Source: a virus
Direction: 5' to 3' (one strand)
IMG/VR virus record: IMGVR_UViG_3300005689_000056
Span: 1-64,000 of that record
Length of the DNA: 64,000 nt
The first letter of the stretch is position 1. Every line of letters begins with the position of its first letter. The notes below the pieces were generated by a model, which ran no database searches, had not been told where the DNA came from, and worked only from the letters and a program-made list of their open reading frames with translations. The translations under genes were made by a program, and so were the position numbers. This document shows, piece by piece, positions 58,834 through 64,000 of the stretch.

Positions 58834-59424
58834 ATGCGGACTATGAAGAGTGTTATCCCCGGGTCCACGACAGACAAGGTTTTGCGTCTGTTACAGAGCA
58901 GAGGCCCGATGCGTGAGCCTGACATCCGCAAGGCGCTAGGGCTGGGTAGGCGTATGTGCGCTTTCCTGATATGGATGCGCGACCGTGAACTGCTTGATTG
59001 CGAGACTGTGCTACCGAAAGGACACACTAGGCCCACACGTATGTGGTCAGCGCGAACCAACTACTCCACTGCCTACGCTCTCGATCAGCGCCTGAGTCAG
59101 GTACTTTACCTAGTAGACGCGATAGGTATGGTCACCGTCAATGATGTGGTTTCTTACCTAGGGGTCACTAAGTTTTGTGCGATCAAGTACATCGCCTTAC
59201 TGGCTGCGTCAGGTCTCGTAAAGCAGTCGCGCGGGTGGGAGAACGGACGGCTCGTGAAATTCTCTCAACGTCTTGATACCCAGTATGCTGCACCTAGCCG
59301 TAATCAAGAGCCGTCTACGGGTGAGGTCAAGACCCGACCGCCAGCCCCAGTGAGTCACGGTGCGTTACTCGATTTTGTAGTCAGTCAACTAGGCCACCTA
59401 CCAGAGCCCTTGTGTGGGGACTAA
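58834..59424 (+). CDS. Tandem winged-HTH protein (putative regulator)
   Basis: VLRLLQSRGPM...IRKALGL and VTVNDVVSYLGV...L...GLV. Confidence 0.55.
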   Translation: MRTMKSVIPGSTTDKVLRLLQSRGPMREPDIRKALGLGRRMCAFLIWMRDRELLDCETVLPKGHTRPTRMWSARTNYSTAYALDQRLSQVLYLVDAIGMVTVNDVVSYLGVTKFCAIKYIALLAASGLVKQSRGWENGRLVKFSQRLDTQYAAPSRNQEPSTGEVKTRPPAPVSHGALLDFVVSQLGHLPEPLCGD

Positions 59425-59474
59425 AATTCTGTACTGGCACAGTATCGCCCCTACTACTGCCTGTGTTAGTGTGT

Positions 59475-59503
59475 TTGACAAAGAATCGTAACTGGGTGAT
59501 AAT
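59475..59503 (+). promoter_or_regulatory. Sigma70-type promoter
   Basis: TTGACA-N17-GATAAT; shares TTGACAAAGAA with the 41048 promoter. Confidence 0.6.
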
Positions 59504-60095
59504 CTGCGAACTCTCTGAGTGCCAAGCGCTGTACTGTCTGCAGATCGGTGGCGCTGGACCGGTAGTGCGGCTCTTCTGGGTTGCTGCAGGTAACGTGGGC
59601 GATGTAGATACGCGCACACGCACATCGTAAGTATCCGCTATGTGGATCGGCCACACAGTGCGATTGCGGGTAAAGTACGGTCATAGAGAAACACGAACGA
59701 GGGGGGACTATATGAACGTTGCGGCACGTATGGGCGGACTGGTAATCCGCGTATGCTTGCCGTTCTCCATGGGGGTAGCAGCCGCGCTTGCCGTTTGCGG
59801 GGCCTACGTGAGTACGGCGTACATTGATGTCGGATACAGTACGCCACCGGGCGGTGCGCCCGCCAGAATCTCACGGATTGCGACAACCCCCAGTGTGCCG
59901 AGAAAAGTGCCGAAGGCACCGCATCTGGAGTACGGCTAGATGGTGGGGCTCTGCTACCGACAAAGCCCCCTAAATAGCAGATAGAGACCTGAAGGAAGGG
60001 GCCGTGTGGTTTGCGACCCCACCAAAGAGACCAGCGAATAACGCACGCTGTACGTTATTCGGTGTTTTCTAGGTGTAATAGTGAGAGGAGGTAGC

Positions 60096-60380
60096 ATGGG
60101 TTACTACATCCAAGGGCCATTGTCTGGAAAGGGAGCGCACCTTGTGCGCGAGTACGGTGCCACGGCTTGCAGCGAGAAGGATGCACGGGCTGCGCTCGAT
60201 TCCGAGGACATGGTGCCGGTGTGCGTCGTAGACAACGGTATGTTCGACGCGGCGGCACTGGCCTACGACAAGCAAGAGTTTGATGTGTTTGCCGGTGATA
60301 CTTCTGGTCGCCCGAAGCGGTGGTATATCATGTCTCGGGCGCGGGCTTACGAACTTTCTGGGTACAAGGTGAAGAAATGA
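60096..60380 (+). CDS. Hypothetical protein
   Basis: GAGGAGG RBS. Confidence 0.75.
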   Translation: MGYYIQGPLSGKGAHLVREYGATACSEKDARAALDSEDMVPVCVVDNGMFDAAALAYDKQEFDVFAGDTSGRPKRWYIMSRARAYELSGYKVKK

Positions 60381-60889
60381 AGATCATCGAAGGGCTGAAG
60401 AAGCTCAAAGAACTGAAGATCAAGGCCGACGATCTCGCGGTGCGTATCCGCAATCATTGCGCGGACCTGTCGCACGAAACACCGCGCTACACAGATCAGG
60501 CGGCACAGGTGCAATCATGGATCGACGCACGGCGAGATATCGTGAAAGAGATCCTGCGCCTGCGTATCGCCATCCAGCGCACGAACCTTCTGGTACGCGT
60601 GGTTGTCGAGACAGAGGACGGCGTATCGGTGGAGAAGACCATCGCCGAGTGGATTCACCGCCGCAAGGACTTGGCTGCGATGGAGATGGAGTCGTACGCC
60701 GTGCTTACCGACCGGGGGCTGAAAGAGGGCCACCTGCCGCAGTCGAGCGGCGTACCGCTGGAAGTGAAGATCCGCCGGTATTTCTCGCAGCAGCACCGTG
60801 ATGAGCGGTATTCTGCTCTGAAGGCCGAACCACTCCGCATCGACTCAGCACTGGAGGTTGCTAACGCAATCAATGATCTGGTAGAGTAG
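60377..60889 (+). CDS. Coiled-coil protein, DIP1984-like family (tentative)
   Basis: MKI.E.L...K.L, LR.AIQRTN, TIAEWI.RR..L, ID..LE..N pattern. Confidence 0.6.
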   Translation: MKIIEGLKKLKELKIKADDLAVRIRNHCADLSHETPRYTDQAAQVQSWIDARRDIVKEILRLRIAIQRTNLLVRVVVETEDGVSVEKTIAEWIHRRKDLAAMEMESYAVLTDRGLKEGHLPQSSGVPLEVKIRRYFSQQHRDERYSALKAEPLRIDSALEVANAINDLVE

Positions 60890-60901
60890 TAACCGCTTAA
60901 C

Positions 60902-61184
60902 GTTGCAGCGGACGTGCGGAGACAAAATCGTTAATCAGGCCTAAGCTAAGCCGGGTAAGTGCTAAGCATCTGACTCCTAATCAGACCAAGGCAAGTCCCT
61001 CAATGGGCAACCTCAAGTGTCATGGTTTAAGGCTAAAGGTAGTAAGGTTTAGTCAGATTAAGGCGGTAAGTGTTATGTGCGTAAGGATGACGCCTGTAGG
61101 TTAGGCAAAATCCCTGTACGAAGTTAGGCGCCCTGAGCCTTACGAATCTTCGAGGGCTTCCCGTATGGGTTGCTGCAACCACCA
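60902..61184 (+). ncRNA. Candidate structured ncRNA
   Basis: Closing stem GTTGCAGCGG / TTGCTGCAAC, no credible ORF, nine TAAG units, anticodon-arm-like hairpin, downstream hairpin at 61190-61212. Confidence 0.55.
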
Positions 61185-61219
61185 ACACCGCAGGGGGCGC
61201 AATACCCCCTGCACTTTCA

Positions 61220-61330
61220 CAGTCTATCGGCCAGCTTCGTGCCTGCGCACGGCGCCCGTCCGGCTCCTCCCTCCCCTCACCGGACGAGCGCTGCCTGATA
61301 CCCCCCGGCACGAAGCTGCCCCATAGACTG
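61220..61330. ncRNA. Long imperfect hairpin, candidate sRNA
   Basis: Nested inverted repeats of 8, 12 and 12 bp around a C/T-rich loop. Confidence 0.45.
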
Positions 61331-61525
61331 TCAACCGCATACAGGCGGCACAGCGTATAATCGCAATCGATTTCAACTCTCCAAAAAGGGGGAATATCTG
61401 TGAGATATAGCAATGCGCTTCTTACTAGACATCATTACCGTGATATGCGGCCTGATCGTACTGATTGCACTCGCTTCGGCGTCCCCGGTGTCATCATTTC
61501 TCGGTTGGATGGTTAGCTTGCTGAA

Positions 61526-61864
61526 ATGATTTTCGATAAGGAACAATGGCCGCTATCTGTGTCGTATGGCGGGCCTGATCTGTACGCGGGGGTAGTAAGC
61601 CCTTTTGTGTCGGTATGTAATGGTGACACCGGTAAGGTTCTCTACCGTGTGCGGGTGGTACCGCCTACGGCGTTCTTTCCTTTTGCTGCGCAGCTTGTAG
61701 GCCTGACCGCCTTGGCTGCGGAGGGCGGTAAAGTTAAGTTCTTTCTTGAGGACTGGGGGGACGTGTGGTCTTTCGGATTCTCTGCCCGAGGGGACATGTA
61801 CGACCTATGGCCTTATAAAGAGCTACCGGTGTGGGCCGAGAAACGATTCAAGGTGACGAAATGA
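61526..61864 (+). CDS. Hypothetical protein
   Basis: ATGA-coupled to the next gene. Confidence 0.55.
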   Translation: MIFDKEQWPLSVSYGGPDLYAGVVSPFVSVCNGDTGKVLYRVRVVPPTAFFPFAAQLVGLTALAAEGGKVKFFLEDWGDVWSFGFSARGDMYDLWPYKELPVWAEKRFKVTK

Positions 61865-62193
61865 GACCTGAGCCTGCGAAGTTTACGAAAGACAACCCGT
61901 GCACGAAAAAACACATATGGAACTGCTTCGCCGGGCCGCAGGGGTTGCGACCAGTAAGTGTAGTAGCCGCACAGGCACAGATAGGCGTGTATGTACCACG
62001 GGTGATGGAGCGAAATGCTCGCCTAGTATGTAAGACTGTCAAAGGTACTGACTACTACGAGCTTACGCCGGAGGGTGAAGAGTGGCTTACGGCAGGTATC
62101 CGTAGCTACCTGAAGAACCACCCCTCGGAGGCCGGGGAGGTGACGTACCCGCCAGATACCTTACCTGCTAGAGTAAGACGAGTACGCCGCTGA
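61861..62193 (+). CDS. Possible winged-helix protein with C-terminal RVRRVRR
   Basis: YYELTPEGEEWL wing-like motif; AAGGTG RBS. Confidence 0.6.
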   Translation: MRPEPAKFTKDNPCTKKHIWNCFAGPQGLRPVSVVAAQAQIGVYVPRVMERNARLVCKTVKGTDYYELTPEGEEWLTAGIRSYLKNHPSEAGEVTYPPDTLPARVRRVRR

Positions 62194-62255
62194 GGGATCT
62201 ACCCTCGCTGGGGGTAGTATCATGGTAACCCATACAACGCATATAGGCTCCAGAC

Positions 62256-62537
62256 ATGTACCCGAACCTGAGACCAACCGACCTTGTAGCCAAGCTGGCA
62301 CGGGTCAACCAGAACAGCACTTTGCGAGTTCTGTCCAACACATATTCACCTGACTTCCCTGTGGATGCGCGCACGCGAACTGCGGTACGCGAGGCGTTGG
62401 GGGAGGTAGCTGCTTTTCTGGATATGTCACCAAAAGAGATCTGTGAATTCGGTCCAGATGCTGCTACGCGGGCAACGCCTGAACAAGTAGTAGCATGCCA
62501 TACCGCGTATGTTGATCTTATTGACTCTCGCGGATAA
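62256..62537 (+). CDS. Hypothetical protein
   Basis: Protein-like ORF in a + strand run. Confidence 0.5.
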   Translation: MYPNLRPTDLVAKLARVNQNSTLRVLSNTYSPDFPVDARTRTAVREALGEVAAFLDMSPKEICEFGPDAATRATPEQVVACHTAYVDLIDSRG

Positions 62538-62562
62538 CACCCACTCTGTAAAGGGAGCACAT

Positions 62563-62817
62563 ATGTACGATATCTACTTCGATGCACGTCATGCCGTGTG
62601 GCGTATCCGTATTGTCACTTTAACAGCGTTACTGTTCACCAGCAGCGAGGTTGTCTGTGATCCGGAGGCCGCCGATGGTTCTCTGGGCCAACCCATGGGT
62701 TTTGAGTCCTTCACTGCCGCCGAGGCGTACGTGGAGCGGGTAGGCATTAATCGCGCATACACCCGCCGTTTTCCGCGCGAGCACGTCACGCTGTCGGAGG
62801 CCGTACGTGCAGCGTAG
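62563..62817 (+). CDS. Hypothetical protein
   Basis: GGGAG RBS. Confidence 0.55.
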   Translation: MYDIYFDARHAVWRIRIVTLTALLFTSSEVVCDPEAADGSLGQPMGFESFTAAEAYVERVGINRAYTRRFPREHVTLSEAVRAA

Positions 62818-63235
62818 GATAACAAGGCAGCGCCGACAGCCGCCCGATGTGGCACTTACGGTCACTGTATCGTTCGTGAGTGTATCAGGGCCGGCATTGG
62901 ACGAGGCCGCGCTAGCTGAGTGGTTGCGTGCGGCCATCCTGCAACACCACCGCACACGGGCCGGGTGGGCTGACTCATTACCCGGGTCGCACGATGCTCG
63001 GTGCGGTATTGCTGTTCCGGAGGTTTCAATTGTCAGTTCGAAGAAGGATCGTGTTTCGTAGAATCCGGCCTGTAGGCTATGTAGCGTCTCTCGACCTGCA
63101 TAGTCTTGTCCGTGCCCGTATTGCTCGTGCCATCGAGCGAGAGCGTGGTAAAGGTAGGATAAAAGTACGGTTACCGCGCAGATAAATGCGGTACTGGCAC
63201 ACATTCACACCAACCTTTGTGTAACTGGAGCGCAC

Positions 63236-63454
63236 ATGCTTTCAGCCATCGTAGTAACTGTATCATCACCCGCAGGCTCCGGTACTGAGGCCTATATTGT
63301 GACACACACGCCCGACTGCGACCCCGACGCTATAGGTCGTGATCTGTGCTCTAGCTGGGAGGACGACGTGTCAACCGCGAGCTACGAGATCGTTGATCTT
63401 GAGCATCTGGTTTCTATTCAGTACGGCGGGCAAGCCGTGCTCACTACGGGGTAG
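63236..63454 (+). CDS. Hypothetical protein
   Basis: GGAG RBS. Confidence 0.55.
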   Translation: MLSAIVVTVSSPAGSGTEAYIVTHTPDCDPDAIGRDLCSSWEDDVSTASYEIVDLEHLVSIQYGGQAVLTTG

Positions 63455-63500
63455 TACAGAACAGGTAATATACATACACCACAAACAGGAGGTATCACAA

Positions 63501-63737
63501 ATGGCAACGAAGAAAGCTGCATGGACCCCGGCGTCTGGCAGGGTCGGTCGCAACGCGTCGTATTCCGTGGATGACAAGGGCGTCATGACGATCACGGTCG
63601 ATTTGAACATTCGCCTCGGGCCGTCTGCCAGCGGCAAGACGATGATCATCGCCACCACTGAAGGCAACAAGTCTATCGAGGGCGGCGCGGGAGCCGTGAT
63701 CGGTATGAATATCTACACCAAGGAGGGTGTCAAGTGA
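63501..63737 (+). CDS. Small basic hypothetical protein
   Basis: AGGAGG RBS; GPSASGKTMIIATT.GN. Confidence 0.7.
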   Translation: MATKKAAWTPASGRVGRNASYSVDDKGVMTITVDLNIRLGPSASGKTMIIATTEGNKSIEGGAGAVIGMNIYTKEGVK

Positions 63738-64000
63738 AACGCAAAGACATGAAGAAACTCTACGACCGTGCGATGGACGTATCGAACAATCTGATCCTCG
63801 GCGACGACGCCCACGCGGGCCGCACCGTACGTGATCTGGCCGACGCCTTCCGTGCGTACCACTCTGCGCACCGCAAGGCCGGCAAGGTAGTGAAAGCGTA
63901 CAGTAAGAAGGCTGACGAGCATTACGTCCAGTATCTGGGGAGAACCTGCCGACCTGACGTACCGGAGAAGCCCAGCAAAAAGAAGAAAAAGCAGAAAAAG
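63734..64000 (+). CDS. Hypothetical protein, 3' truncated
   Basis: AGGAGG RBS, GTGA coupling, open to the window end. Confidence 0.55.
   Translation, partial: MKRKDMKKLYDRAMDVSNNLILGDDAHAGRTVRDLADAFRAYHSAHRKAGKVVKAYSKKADEHYVQYLGRTCRPDVPEKPSKKKKKQKK

Larger units (their letters stand above)
2153..61376. repeat. Dispersed 16-bp palindrome TTGCAATCGATTGCAA, 22 copies
   Basis: Start positions 2153, 3880, 7440, 11261, 14302, 16202, 17383, 19960, 23922, 26652, 28580, 31059, 35598, 38134, 41172, 44338, 47980, 49402, 52285, 53645, 58561, 61361. Confidence 0.93.

Noticed and set aside
60930-61020. Complete tRNA-Arg(CCT) gene
   Set aside because: No TTCRA T-loop or correctly spaced acceptor stem; only the anticodon arm is convincing
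63618-63640. GPSASGKT as a P-loop NTPase
   Set aside because: The protein is only 78 aa, with no Walker B or room for an NTPase fold
67-64000. Prophage or temperate lifestyle
   Set aside because: No integrase, att site, CI-like repressor or host genes seen in this window; lifestyle cannot be called

Overview
The window is a 64-kb segment of a tailed dsDNA phage genome. Essentially all genes are on the + strand, and the overlapping spanin pair implies a Gram-negative host. Bases 1-66 are a leftover Illumina Nextera adapter, not phage DNA. Gene order: tape-measure C-terminus and tail/receptor-binding genes (0.07-25.2 kb); lysis genes interrupted by a glycoside-hydrolase/SGNH-esterase cassette (25.2-30.8 kb); a Ycf46-type AAA/DUF1257/DUF2997 module (31-34.6 kb); replication/recombination genes (34.9-49.4 kb: lambda-O-like initiator with an internal origin, DnaB-like helicase, UDG-fused PolA, primase, SSB, SF2 helicase, RecA, two resolvases, Cas4-like nuclease); a charged nucleoid-like protein; a ParB / ParB-ParB-methyltransferase / CmoA-like cluster joined to terS and an intein-containing terL (51.2-57.8 kb); then small genes and structured non-coding RNA candidates. 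Most striking signals: (1) 22 near-evenly spaced copies of the palindrome TTGCAATCGATTGCAA, inside and between genes; (2) the terminase-linked ParB-methyltransferase + carboxy-SAM-synthase-like cluster, a candidate DNA modification system; (3) an Arg-rich RVRRVR-like tag on many unrelated non-virion proteins, alongside two proteins with very acidic disordered tails; (4) a coiled-coil protein gene followed by a ~280-nt stem-closed RNA with repeated TAAG units and a tRNA-anticodon-arm mimic. All assignments come from visual motif recognition; no searches were run.
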